Assembly: GCA_002269645.1 (NCBI GenBank)
Contig: NIVC01001000.1
Coordinates: 268,326 to 332,325, forward strand
Origin: Macrostomum lignano
Taxonomy: Eukaryota
Length of the DNA stretch: 64,000 nt
Reading direction: 5' to 3'
In this document: in pieces, positions 10,663-29,800 of the stretch
Position numbering within the stretch: the stretch's first letter is position 1
How the letters are laid out: every line of letters begins with the position of its first letter
Made by a program: the position numbers and the translations under genes
The notes under the pieces: generated by a model
What the model was told of the DNA's origin: nothing
What the model saw: the letters and a program-made list of their open reading frames with translations, nothing else
The model's database searches: none

Positions 10663-13050
10663 ATGCAGCCACAGAATCATCATCATCAAGGATCTGGTAG
10701 TCTAAACGAACACGAAAAAAGTTCAAATTTAACTTCGACTCCGGTTATAACAAAGTCATCTGTAGATAAAGTTCCTGTCATAGTCGTTCTGATGGGGTCC
10801 CTAATTATGCTGATATTTCTCTTAGTCAATGTGCCGTGCATTGTACTGCAGAGAGGCCTGTTTTGCGTTACCGGCAATTCTAGCAGATTCGAATGGACCC
10901 CTTGGGGCAACTGCAGCGCTACCTGCTCCGAGCAGACAGGCATCCAAATCCGGTGAGTGCTCCTAATTTTAACTGAACTCCTTGCAACTCGTAGGTTTTT
11001 TGTCAAATACAGCAACAAAAACATGGCAAAATACTTCTGTCATGGGAGCAGATATTAATGTACCTCGGGAACGTCGAGAACCAGGTGGACGACCTCGCGG
11101 AATTTCCGTCGCATTTTCGTCACTTCCTCGGTACAACATTGCAGAGTCAATATCTTCATCACAGTTGACTCTTTGTTAGTAGGAGGACAAAACAGTTCAC
11201 TTTGGGCTTGATCTTCTCTTTGCTTGAAGGCCCAAGCTTTGTAAAAAAATCATTAGTAATTAGACCATTGTCGTGGTCTAATAGATCCTTGAACAGAAAT
11301 GAAACGCTCACTGTGCAAGCTTGGATGCTTGTGTAAATCGCAAGACAACCTCCCGGCGGCCAATTTGAACATGGCCGCGACAGTCTGACGCGTTTACTGC
11401 TTTCCTTCATTATCGAGTCCTATACTAATTTTTCAGTCGCCGTTTAACATACTATGGTAGTCCAGCCGCTGTGGACACACGGAAGTGCAAATGGACAGCG
11501 GACACGTGTGATGCGAACAATGGACATAAGAGTAAGGATGTTTGAGCCTTTTATTGTTACTTGAAGTGCGTGGTCTTCGACTCTACAGTTGTCTTCGATT
11601 TAAATGATAGATATCAATAATTTCAACTTGAAGCCAAATTAAAATTATTTTTCTTCTATTAGACTAAATTTGAACACAATGAGGTACAAATATGCGTTGC
11701 TATATAACCTAACGAACTAGAAAATTAGATAGATTGGTGATGCATGTCGATTCTAAAAAATTCTAATATATTGTTTTCGTTATACTTTGCCCGCAGAAGG
11801 CCATTCTACACAAAATAGTACTTGTAAGTGTTGTCATCCCAATTTTATTGACTTTTGCTTGCCAGATAATTAGTCTTCAACTCATACCGTTAATCATCCT
11901 GCACACCGGCACACCCAATGTGACGCTCCTGACACCCCCAGTGTGACGCTCCTGACACCCCCAGTGTGACGCTCCTGACACGCCCAGTGTGACGCTCCTG
12001 ACAACCAATGTGACGCTCCTGACACCCCCAGTGTGATGCTCCTGACACCCCCAGTGTGACGCTCCTGACAACCAATGTGACGCTCCTGACACCCCCAGTG
12101 TTTGACGCTCCTGAGACACTCAATGTGACGCTGCTGACATACTCAATGTGACGCTCCTGACACACCCAGTGTGACGCTCCTGACACCCCCAGTGTGACGC
12201 TCCTGACACCCCCAGTGTGACGCTCCTGACACCCCCAGTGTGACGCTCCTGACAACCAATGTGACGCTCCTGACACCCCCAGTGTGACGCTCCTGACACC
12301 CCCAGTGTGACGCTCCTGACACCCCCAGTGTGACGCTCCTGACACCCCCAGTGTGACGCTCCTGACAACCAATGTGACGCTCCTGACACCCCCAGTGTTT
12401 GACGCTCCTGAGACACTCAATGTGACGCTCCTGACACACCCAGTGTGACGCTCCTGACACCCCCAGTGTGACGCTCCTGACACCCCCAGTGTGACGCTCC
12501 TGACACCCCCAATGTGACGCTACTGACACACCCAATCTGACGCTCCTGACAACCAATGTGACGCTCCTGACACACCCAATGTGACGCTCCTGACCCACTC
12601 AATGTGACGCTTCTGACACACCCAATGTGACGTTTCTGACAACCAATGTAAAGCTTCTGACGCACCCAATGTGACGTTTCTGACAACCAATGTGACGCTC
12701 CTGACACACCCAATGTGACGCTCCTGACCCACTCAATGTGACGCTTCTGACACACCCAATGTGACGTTTCTGACAACCAATGTAAAGCTTCTGACGCACC
12801 CAATGTGACGTTTCTGACAACCAATGTGACGCTCCTGACACACCCAATATTACACTCCTGACACCCCCAATGACACGTTGAACTTTCAGTCGCCTGGACC
12901 AGCTGGGGGCTTTGGACGCTGTGCCGCGAGAACCCGTGGACAAAGCAAATCTATCGCATTCGACGGTGTCAAAGTTCCATAACAACAAAAATAGTGAATG
13001 TGTCGCATTGTCCGGGGAAATTCTATCATATAAAAAGTTGCAAACCTTAA
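10663..13050 (+). CDS. G2: type II membrane protein with 2 TSRs (181 aa)
   Basis: Exons 10663-10952, 11437-11531, 12890-13050 (546 nt, in frame to TAA). TM VPVIVVLMGSLIMLIFLLVNVP, then CIVLQRGLFC, TSR1 WTPWGNCSATC...QIR|RRLTYY...TRKC...TC, TSR2 AWTSWGLWTLC...RIRRC...CPG...SCKP*. AATAAA at 13173. Confidence 0.85.
11915..12872. repeat. 21-23-bp minisatellite (GTGTGACGCTCCTGACACCCCCA)n
   Basis: Tandem array in G2 intron 2, ending ~20 nt before the acceptor. Confidence 0.95.
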
Positions 13051-13344
13051 CGAACTGTGACTTATTTAATATGATATAGTAATAAGATTGCCCAGGCTAC
13101 ACGTAAAAATCGAAGTTATAAAATACGAGCCTCTACAATGCCTATAAACCGGCATAATTGCTTTCAAGTATCAATAAATGCATTGTATGACCTCTAAATC
13201 GGGTCCCTAATCTAAAAAAGCTTTCTGTTTTAACTGAGACTACTTTTATCATTCTCTAGTAAACTAAGCGCATAGATATGAATGCCAACAATATTAAAAT
13301 ATAGCGCAAAAATATACTAAAACTATTTTGACAAAGTGCACAAT

Positions 13345-14125
13345 TCATCTTAGATATAGCGCCAAGAACATCTCAGATATAGCGCCACAATCATGTTAGA
13401 TATAGCGCCAAGAAAATTTCAGATGTAGCGCTACATTCATCTTAGATATAGTGCCACAATCATCTTAGATATAGCGCCAAGAAAATCTCAGATATAGCGC
13501 CACAGTCATCTTAGATATAGCGCCACAATCATCTTAGATATAGCGCCACAATCTTCTTAGATATAGCGCCACAATCATCTTAGATACAGCGCCACAATCA
13601 TCTTAGATACAGCGCCACAATCATCTTAGATATAGCGCCACAATCATCTTAGATATAGCGCCACAATCATCTTAAATATAGCGCCACAATCATCTTAGAT
13701 ATAGCGCCACAATCCTCTTAGATATAGCGCCACAATCTTCTTAGATATAGCGCCACAATCATCTTAGATATAGCGCCACAATCCTCTTAGATATAGCGCC
13801 ACAATCATCTTAGATATAGCGCCACAATCATCTTAGATATAGCGCCACAATCATCTTAGATATAGCGCCACAATCATCTTAGATATAGCGCCACAATCAT
13901 CTTAGATATAGCGCCACAATCATCTTAGATATAGCGCCACAATCATCTTAGATATAGCGCCACAATCATCTTAGATATAGCGCCACAATCATCTTAGATA
14001 TAGCGCCACAATCCTCTTAGATATAGCGCCACAATCATCTTAGATATAGCCCCAAGATCATCTTAGATAAAGCGTCACACTAATCTTAGATATAGCGCCA
14101 CAATGATCTTAGATACGGCGCCAGA
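13345..14125. repeat. 23-bp minisatellite (ATCATCTTAGATATAGCGCCACA)n
   Basis: Tandem array between G2 and G3. Confidence 0.95.
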
Positions 14126-14282
14126 ATCAAATTGCTATGCATTGTAACGTTAAGCAATTGTCTTTCGAATTTGTCTATGTCAAAAACTCAGAAAGTGACG
14201 ACTAAAGAAAGTTGAGAAGTTATAAATATTTCAGAAGTTAGATAATACACTAAATTGTAGGACGTCATCAATTCGGTCTTTA

Positions 14283-17200
14283 ATGGAAAAAGAAAGAACT
14301 GCTCAGGTTGAAGCTTCCAGTGGCAGGAAAACTGACAAAGCAATTCCAAAAACTGTGCTAATACAGGCGAATACTGTTTCGATTGGTTATTTAATCTGCA
14401 GTGTTTCTATTCCTTTAACTATGTTATGCGTTGCTAACATCAACACGGCTTGTATAGCTCTACAGAGAGGCCTGTTCTGCACTGCCAGCAAGTCTACCGG
14501 CTCTTTTGAGTGGACCCAGTGGACCAGTTGCAGTCTGAGTTGCGGCAGTCAGCAAAATCGGTGAATAAATTACAATTCTTAGCTATCGATTCATCTTAGA
14601 TGACCTGTTTTTACCTTTTTTAACACGGGAACTAACTTGGATATTGTCTGAAATGGCTCTGTCTGGATAGTGCTTGGCTGTTGTTTTTGCAGAACACCTC
14701 AATGGTTCTCATATTGTATCTCGTTGGAGTTCTTTGAGAGGGTCTGGGGCATGTTTTTGAATTGTGTTTTGATGGTGTTCTTGGATGGTGCCTGGGTGGT
14801 GTTCTTAGATTCTTAGATGTTGTCTGGATGATGTTCCTGGATGGTGCCTGGATGATGTTCCTAGATGGTGCTTGGATGATGTTCCTAGATGGTGCTTGGA
14901 TGATGTTCCTAGATGGTGCCTGGATGATGTTCCTAAATGGTGCCTGGATGATGTTCCTAGATGGTGCCTGGATGATGTTCCTAGATGGTGCCTGGATGAT
15001 GTTCCTAGATGGTGCCTGGATGATGTTCCTGTTGAGAGCCTTGTCAGTGCTCTTGAAAGATGCCTTGATTATATTTTGGGAAGGAGCCTGAATGGTGTGG
15101 TGCCGGCATGCTTGAAGCTTACAAATGATGTAAACTACATTATCAGCGTATGCGTTGAAAACATATCCAGCTCTCGACCAGCTGGTTCCAACAGGCCTGC
15201 CGAAGTTGAGACTCGGCCCTGTCCAACAGAGAATAGCACTCTGTGCAAGTTTGCCAGTGGTAAGTTGGATTGTGTCTGGTTGTTTAAGAGAGAATTAGCG
15301 AACAAGCAACATTAAACTCGCTTCTATTTGACTCTCAAAAATAGGTTTCCAATGGACGGACTGGTCATCTTGGACACCGTGCAGCAAGTCCTGTATTGAA
15401 GGCGTACAACAGCGAACCAGAAGCTGCCAAGACACTTCAACAAGTCGGCTAATGAGAAATGACCCCAGCAAGTGTTTATCAGGCACGGCAATTGAAACTC
15501 AAAGCTGTAATGTTGGTACACCGTGCGGAAATGGTAAGTGGCTTTCACATGGTCACATCTGGGGAGCTTTAGGACACAATACCGAAAATCAAGGTGACAA
15601 AATCAAAACAGACAAGCCTTTTTATTGGCTTCTAAGCGTAGTAGAAAACTTGAGCAAGGTCACCCAGTGATGTACAGCGACCCTGATGTTTCCATCGCCA
15701 TTAAGTTGTACATCATTTCTGCTTTTGGTGTCTGGCAATTATGAGCGTGGATAAAACATTATAGTTTATAGGAGCGCCAGAATGTAGCTGACAAGGGCGC
15801 CAGATTGTAGCTGATAGTAGCACCAGACTGTAGCTGATAATAGCGCCAGATTGTAGTTAATAGTAGCGTCAGACTGTAGCTTATAGGAGTGCTAGACTGT
15901 AGCTTATAGGAGTGCTATACTGTAGCTTATTGGAGTGCTATACTGTAGCTTATAGGAGTGCTAGACTGTAGCTTATAGGAGTGCCAGACCGTAGCTTATA
16001 GGAGTGCTAGACTGTAGCTTATAGGAGTGCCAGACTGTAGCTTATAGGAGTGCCAGACTGTAGCTTAAAGGAGTGCCAGACTGTAGCTTATAGGAGTGCC
16101 AGACTGTAGCTTATGGGAGTGCCAGACTGTAGCTTATAGGAGTGCTAGACTGTAGCTTATAGGAGTGCCAGACCGTAGCTTATAGGAGTGCCAGACTGTA
16201 GCTTATAGGAGTGTCAGACTGTAGCTTATAGGAGTGCCAGACTGTAGCTTATAGGAGTGCTACACTGTAGCTTATAGGAGTGCCAGACTGTAGCTTAAAG
16301 GAGTGCCAGACTGTAGCTTATGGGAGTGCTAGACTGTAGCTTATAGGAGTGCTAGACTGTAGCTTATAGGAGTGCCAGACTGTAGCTTATAGGAGTGCTA
16401 GACTGTAGCTTATAGGAGTGCCAGACTGTAGCTTATAGGAGTGCCAGACTGTAGCTTATAGGAGTGCCAGACTGTAGCTTATAGGAGTGCCAGACTGTAG
16501 CTTATAGGAGTGCTAGACTGTAGCTTAAAGGAGTGCCAGACTGTAGCTTATAGGAGTGCTAGACTGTAGCTTATAGGAGTGCTAGACTGTAGCTTATAGG
16601 AGTGCCAGACTGTAGCTTATAGGAGTGCCAGACTGTAGCTTACAGGAGTGCCAGACTGTAGCTTATAGGAGTGCCAGACTGTAGCTTATGGGAGTGCCAG
16701 ACTGTAGCTTATAGGAGTGCTAGACTGTAGCTTATAGGAGTGCTAGACTGTAGCTTATGGGAGTGCCAGACTGTAGCTTATAGGAGTGCCAGACTGTAGC
16801 TTATGGGAGTGCTAGACTGTAGCTTATAGGAGTGCCAGACTGTAGCTTATGTGAGTGCCAGACTGTAGCTTATGGGAGTGCTAGACTGTAGCTTATAGGA
16901 GTGCCAGACTGTAGCTTATAGGAGTGCTAGACTGTAGCTTATAGGAGTGCCAGACCGTAGCTTATGGGAGTGCCAGACTGTAGCTTATAGGAGTGCTAGA
17001 CTGTAGCTTATAGGAGTGCCAGACCGTAGCTTATAGGAGTGCCAGACTGTAGCTTATAGGAGTGCTAGACTGTAGCTTAAAGGAGTGCCAGACTGTAGCT
17101 TATAGGAGTGCTAGACTGTAGCTTATAGGAGTGCTAGACTGTAGCTTATAGGAGTGCCAGACTGTAGCTTATAGGAGTGCCAGACTGTAGCTTACAGGAG

Positions 17201-17836
17201 TGCCAGACTGTAGCTTATAGGAGTGCCAGACTGTAGCTTATGGGAGTGCCAGACTGTAGCTTATAGGAGTGCTAGACTGTAGCTTATAGGAGTGCTAGAC
17301 TGTAGCTTATAGGAGTGCCAGACTGTAGCTTATAGGAGTGCCAGACTGTAGCTTATGGGAGTGCTAGACTGTAGCTTATAGGAGTGCCAGACTGTAGCTT
17401 ATGTGAGTGCCAGACTGTAGCTTATGGGAGTGCTAGACTGTAGCTTATAGGAGTGCCAGACTGTAGCTTATAGGAGTGCTAGACTGTAGCTTATAGGAGT
17501 GCCAGACTGTAGCTTAAAGGAGTGCCAGACTGTAGCTTATAGGAGTGCCAGACTGTAGCTGATAAGGGCGCCAGAGCGCAGCTGATAGGACAATCAATGT
17601 GATTGCACTATACATGTAGAAGAAAGCCAGGCAACTGAAAAAGATCACTCAAAATGATTAATTTTAATTCACTAAAATTTGCAGCAACCTGGACCCACTG
17701 GAGTCAGTGGGGTCTGTGCAAGCAAATCAAAAGTCCATTGAAATTTCGTTTCCGCGAATGCGTCTATGATAATATGAACGTTGCGGACAAGTACTGCGCA
17801 GGATTGTACTTCGAATCCGACGTATGCAATTTTTGA
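14283..17836 (+). CDS. G3: type II membrane protein with 3 TSRs (235 aa)
   Basis: Exons 14283-14560, 15171-15259, 15345-15533, 17685-17836 (708 nt, in frame to TGA). Hydrophobic segment, CIALQRGLFC, WTQWTSCSLSC...QNR|SRP...ETRPC...LC, full TSR FQWTDWSSWTPCSKSCIEGVQQRTRSC, terminal TSR ATWTHWSQWGLC...RFREC...DVCNF*. Confidence 0.87.
14775..15030. repeat. 24-bp minisatellite (CCTGGATGATGTTCCTAGATGGTG)n
   Basis: Tandem array in G3 intron 1. Confidence 0.93.
15770..17580. repeat. 23-bp minisatellite (GACTGTAGCTTATAGGAGTGCCA)n
   Basis: ~1.8 kb array in G3 intron 3; GCCA/GCTA variants, degenerate GGGCGCCA edges. Confidence 0.97.
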
Positions 17837-18009
17837 ACGACAGCGCACAGCTAGCGTACCAGTGTATGACTTCAAACTGAACTTTAATATACTGCAAAAT
17901 AAGATCTTATTTATTTTAAAGCTGTGCCGGTAAAATGATAAAAATTGCTACATTAACAACAGACCGTTTTCCTGCACTTTCTCAATTCTTTAATGTGATT
18001 TGGTAATAT

Positions 18010-18655
18010 TGAAGCAAGTGGTACCTAATTGAAGTCAGTGGTATCTAATTGAAGCCAATGGTACCTAACTGAAGTCACTGGTAACTAATTGAAGTCACTG
18101 GTATCTAATTGAAGTCAGTGGTACCTAATTGAAGTCAGTGGTACCTAATTGAAGTCAGTGGTACCTAATTGAAGTCAGTGGTACCTAATTGTAGTCAGTG
18201 GTACCTAATTCAAGTCAGTGGTACCTAATTCAAGTCAGTGGTACCTAATTCAAGTCAGTGGTACCTAATTGAAGTCAATGGTACCTAATTGAAGCCAGTG
18301 GTACCTAATTGAAGTCAGTGGTACCCAATTCAAGACAGTTAATGCCGAACTGAAGTCAGTGGTACCTAATTCAAGACAGTTAATGCCTAACTGAAGTCAG
18401 TGGTACCTAATTCAAGACAGTTAATGCCTAACTGAAGTCAGTGGTACCTAATTCAAGACAGTTAATGCCGAACTGAAGTCAGTGGTACCTAATTCAAGAC
18501 AGTTAATGCCGAACTGAAGTCAGTGGTACCTAATTCAAGACAGTTAATGCCTAACTGAAGTCAGTGGTACCTAATTCAAGACAGTTAATGCCTAACTGAA
18601 GTCAGTGGTACCTAATTCAAGACAGTTAATGCCGAACTGAAGTCAGTCGTACCAA
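18010..18655. repeat. 20-bp minisatellite (GAAGTCAGTGGTACCTAATT)n converting to a 41-bp composite unit
   Basis: From ~18320 each 20-mer alternates with CAAGACAGTTAATGCC(T/G)AACT. Confidence 0.92.
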
Positions 18656-18863
18656 ATTCGATTAGATCTCGTACACAGACGCTGCCACACTTTCTTCCTA
18701 TATACTAAAATTAAACTCAACTTTAAAATCAAGCTGTCTATGGATGCAGTCCTCTCCGATAGATGCATAACACACGGCTACAAGAGGCTGCAGTAAAGTA
18801 TACTATTCAGAGTATTAATTAAAGCAACTGCAGGCCCTCGAAGTTTACCAAGCCAAGTGCAAG

Positions 18864-25379
<6,516 letters not shown>

Positions 25380-25537
25380 TTTTCATAACTGGTTATTATT
25401 TGTACGTACAAATAAATGTAAAAGTTAAATATGACTGCAGAGGCTACTTCAATCTTTTTGCTTTCTGGATCTTTTAATCAACATTATTCACTGTTTTTAA
25501 CAATACTTCCACTGCTTTTATCGCACGTACCCCTCAA

Positions 25538-25856
25538 TGCGCACTTTAAGGGACATTGTCACACAATCGGCGAGAGGCATTACTGCCCATTCCGCCGACT
25601 CCCCTGAGCAGGCACACAAGCGCGGATACGTACTCAGTACACAGGGTGTAAGGCGGCCCTAACTTTATTTATCATTGGGCATGTACACTTCACTGTGCCT
25701 TGGGGGTTGGCCCTCAAGGACGTTAATTGCACGAGCAGAGCCAAGCCGAGATTCCAATTTAGCCTCCAAATTAATGTGACTGCACTGGGAATCGAGCCTG
25801 GGCCGCTGGCACATCAGAGCGCCGCGCCAGACCACTGGGCTACGACCCAGCAGCCC
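25538..25856 (-). mobile_element. SINE family A, copy 3 (full length)
   Basis: Reverse complement reads GGGTCGTAGCCCAGTGG (A box) and GGCTCGATTCC (B box), then the family A body. Confidence 0.8.
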
Positions 25857-26427
25857 AAGGCCAGATGAGCGCAACATGACAAAAAGTATTATTAAAGCCT
25901 CGGTCGTAAAAAACGAAAAAAATGAGAGAGTTTCTACACAAATTTGCTCTTGTTTTGTAGGTAAAAGCCTTTATCTGGCGTAAAAGTAAAACTTGCATGT
26001 ACTTCATAAGGAGGAAGTTGAGTAGTACTGCATGACTACTTATTAGATTCTTGTCTGAATATTGAGTCAACTCTATTTCTTGTCAATAATCTATTTACAA
26101 GTAAGTTTCTCAGGTAAATTTTATATAGAGAACTTATTTCAATTATTGTATTACGAGATATATAGAAAGCAAAAGTCATAATTAAGCTTCTAAAACATTT
26201 GTACCGGTTAGAACAAAGCCAGTCAGCCGTCAGCAGTTGGACCACTCCTCAGACTCTTCTAAGGCATTTGCGAGTTTGAGTTCTGTGCCCAGCTGGAGTC
26301 CCGGCTGCCCAGCGGCAGTTGCACGCTATGGTAGATCTGAAAATAACGGCTTGAAATTTTGTTTGCTGATTCAACTTAAACGAGTTAAAATCCGACAGAA
26401 TTTTTCTTAGTTCTGGGGTCATTCATG

Positions 26428-26760
26428 GGGACTGTAGCCTAGTACACTAGCGCGGTTCTCTGATGTGCCAGCGGCCCAGGCTCGATTCCCAGTGCATGCA
26501 GTCACATTAATTTGAATCTAAATTGGAATCTCGGCTTGGCTCTGCTCGTGCAATTAACGGCCTTGAAGCCCAACCTCCGCCGCAAGGCACAGTGATGTAT
26601 ATGCCTAACGATAAATAAAGTTGGGGCCGCTGTACACTCCTGTGTGAGTGTGTGCCTGCGTACGTATCCGCGCGCTTGTGTGCCTACTCAGGGGAGTCGG
26701 CGGAATGGGCAGCAATGTCACTCGCCGATTGTGTGACAATGTCACTTAAAGTGCGCCGGG
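26428..26760 (+). mobile_element. SINE family A, copy 4
   Basis: TAGCCTAGT...GGCTCGATTCCC head plus family A body. Confidence 0.8.
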
Positions 26761-26843
26761 GAAAATAAATCTGTGCACAAGAAATCAAAGGTCAGCCTCT
26801 ATAAATAACGCCAAGAAACAAAACGAACAAACCGCAAACTTAC

Positions 26844-29800
26844 AGGACGCGCAGTTTCGACTACTCAAACAACTGCGCTCCTCGTAGCTGTGCCCGCCGC
26901 ATTTGGCAGTGTCGGCAAAGCTGACTTCTGTCTGTAGGCCACCGCACTGACGACTGCGCTTTTGAACTCCCTCAGGTGGAGAACAGGTGGCGGAGCAAGC
27001 CGACCAGGCTGACCATTGCAGCCAGGCCACAGACTGCGATTTGGTTAGGTCTCGGATGGCTCTGAGCATTGTCAGCGCTGGCGCAGCTATTAGGGAGATA
27101 TAGGAGAATGTTGCAATTAATATAGCTCCGCAACAACTCGCCTCCAAGAAGGTAGACTGCTAAAAGCATTTCTAGAAACTGGCGACACGGATACAAATGA
27201 TACAACAGCGCTACTGATAAACCCAACTTGTCTATAAATAGTAATATCGGTGACAATCCATCCATCCAGTTATTCTAAATATGAATCGATTCAATGAGTG
27301 ACTGAGTATAATGGATGCATTGACGGTTGCGAACTCTCGCGTCAAAACAGGCTGCCTAAGTTTACCATTGCGACCAATAGCGGTGCCTGCACCTGCTGTT
27401 TGGCACAGATAGCTACTGCTCTAATAGCTGTTAACGCCAATTCTTGTGAATCAGGATATTGAAATCCATTCGAATGGAAAAAAACGGCGGAGTGCCAGGT
27501 GTGACGTTGACGTGTCTTTTTAATTCCACAATCCTTCATTAATTATTCATTAAAAGTTTTTACTACGTATCTCAATTATATGAATAGTTTTTCATGTCAG
27601 AATTCACCTGACCCAATTAGGCCAGATGTGCAACCGACAGCTCAGCCGCAGCTAATGCTCGGCGCATCTGAAGGCTGCATACGGCTGTTCAGTCCAAGGA
27701 CTGGGGGGTCGCCACACACAGCCTCAATTACCCCAGCTAATGCTGGCACCCATTTTACAGCTGGGTGAGCTGAAGCAATTCACCCAATTCAAACTCTACT
27801 ATTCAAGAGTTAAGTAGTATTGTTCAAGGACACAAACTGTTTCAGTGAGACCCCTTCTAGTGGAGTCGAACCCCCGACCCTCAAATCGTGAGTCCGACGC
27901 TCTAACCATTAGGCTAAAACCCCTATTACGACGTAACAATACTTAATTGTAGACTGAATTTAAAGTCGCCGTTGGTCGTAATATTTAAACTGTTAAATTT
28001 TGCGCCTTCTCAGAGGAGGGCATTCTTGGGAGCTCGGCTGTTATGAGCTAGATATAATTGTATAACTAACAAGTTGATAGCTTGCGATAGAATTCTGCCC
28101 ACCGAAATGCAGTGTCGCGCATTCGATTAATTATTCCTACCCATGCCAGTAGACATTAGACACCTGATTTCGTTACCACTCGTGCGTTTTCACCTGCACT
28201 AATTGGCGTAGCAGCAAGTCAGCACGCGAACTCTCACCGTCAGATATTCGTCACACGGGAACTCGACAATGAAGTAATCGTTTTGCACGTGCCAGCTATT
28301 AGGAAGCCAAAACTTCGTATATATAGCAAGCAAACAATAGACTTCAGTTCAGTAAAAAAATTAGAAGCCACACAATAATATAAGACTCTTACGCGTAGAA
28401 CAAGCAACACTGCTGGGACCAGCGCAGAATTGTACTTGATCGGAGCCGCCAGCGCAAGATAGTTCAGTGGAACGAGCTCCTGTTCGAGCATCGATGCATT
28501 GGCGCGTACGCGATCGCATACCGGTAATCTGACAGGTGGCAGAACATGGCGACCAAGCCGACCACTGGGACCAAGAGACGGTAGAGACTGTACCATGCGA
28601 ACCAGTGCTCATATTTTTCGCAGAGGTCGTGCTGTTCGCGATAGAACCATTGCCGACCGTACTGTTCATAGTTGTAGATGATGTGTCTTTTGTGTCAGAA
28701 GTTGAACCCGTTGAGGCTGAAATGTCAATCAAGGATCAAGGAGATGGCAATCTTTACATGAAATAGGTGACAAAGAAGGTTGACTTCAGCTCGACCATGG
28801 CATCCAGACAAACTTTTGATCCATCAGTGCCCGGCATTTTATTGAAGCAATGGGTGAAGTAAGGCCTTGTAGAATATCAGGTGGGAATCATTTGCGGAAA
28901 AGTATTGTAATATACGCCACTGGAGACACTGGAGACAAAGACTACAATTCTAAATGGTATTAAACTCGGTCGAAAGTTAGGAGCGTATTCCTAGAAATAT
29001 TCAATCCAGAATTCCAGCGCACCTCGTCAAGGTTTAGATTAGCAAACCATAAATTAGCTTGCGAAAGAATTGACGAATGAGAAGTGCGAGACCGAAGATG
29101 CATTAACGAGATCAGGCACTGCCCAAAGAATGAAAGAACCATGTGGGATAGAGAGTGAAGTTTACTTCCTGTTCAAGTGTATAGTTGGAACTTTTACAAT
29201 GGAAATTCCAACAGAGGAATTCATCACAATTCTACAATACTCTTTTCACTCCAATTAATTCGCCATAACTATTATCGTAAAATGTAAAAAGCAGCAATCC
29301 TATGAGTGCGTATTTCATAATACTTTTTATGATACATTTAGGAATATAGATCAGCTGAAAATAATCACGGTCAAGTCTAGATGCACTGGAACAGAGCGGC
29401 AGTAGCTGACAAGAAATCAGTCTTCAAACCGAGCTGAAATGATCTAATTTTTCACCTACAGCCTAAATTCCTAGAATATTTTCCGTTTGTAACACTTTTG
29501 TTTCGTGCACATGTACTATTTCAGAGAGCAATTGGACACTGAATCTGAAAATTACGGTATTTAACTCGAGGGAGAGGCTAACTGAAAACTGTCACTCACC
29601 CGATGCGGTGCTGCAACTGGTTCGATTTCCGCAACTCTGAGCTTCGTGGAACAGTCCGTCGCAGTGTTCCGCATCAATCACCTCCTTCTTCGAGTTCAAG
29701 CATTGGCGCTGGCGAACAAACAGACCGAATTCGCCACAAGTCTGCGTGCAGCTCGACCACTCCATCCAGTACGACCAAGACCCAAGCTCTACGGGGTGGA

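Noticed and set aside
10995-11094. Alternative G2 exon 2 (FLSNTATKTWQ...) with an in-phase AG 42 nt after the donor
   Set aside because: It has no cysteines to complete the TSR, whereas 11437-11531 supplies C5/C6 and matches paralogous exon 2 length and phase.
6870-12988. Cys/Ala/Gly-repeat ORFs from the 21-23-bp arrays
   Set aside because: Pure minisatellite translation inside introns, with no splice support.
26190-26336. TGA read-through (selenocysteine) to make a fifth G5 TSR
   Set aside because: The frame does not match the phase-1 donor, WxxW is missing, and no SECIS was recognised.
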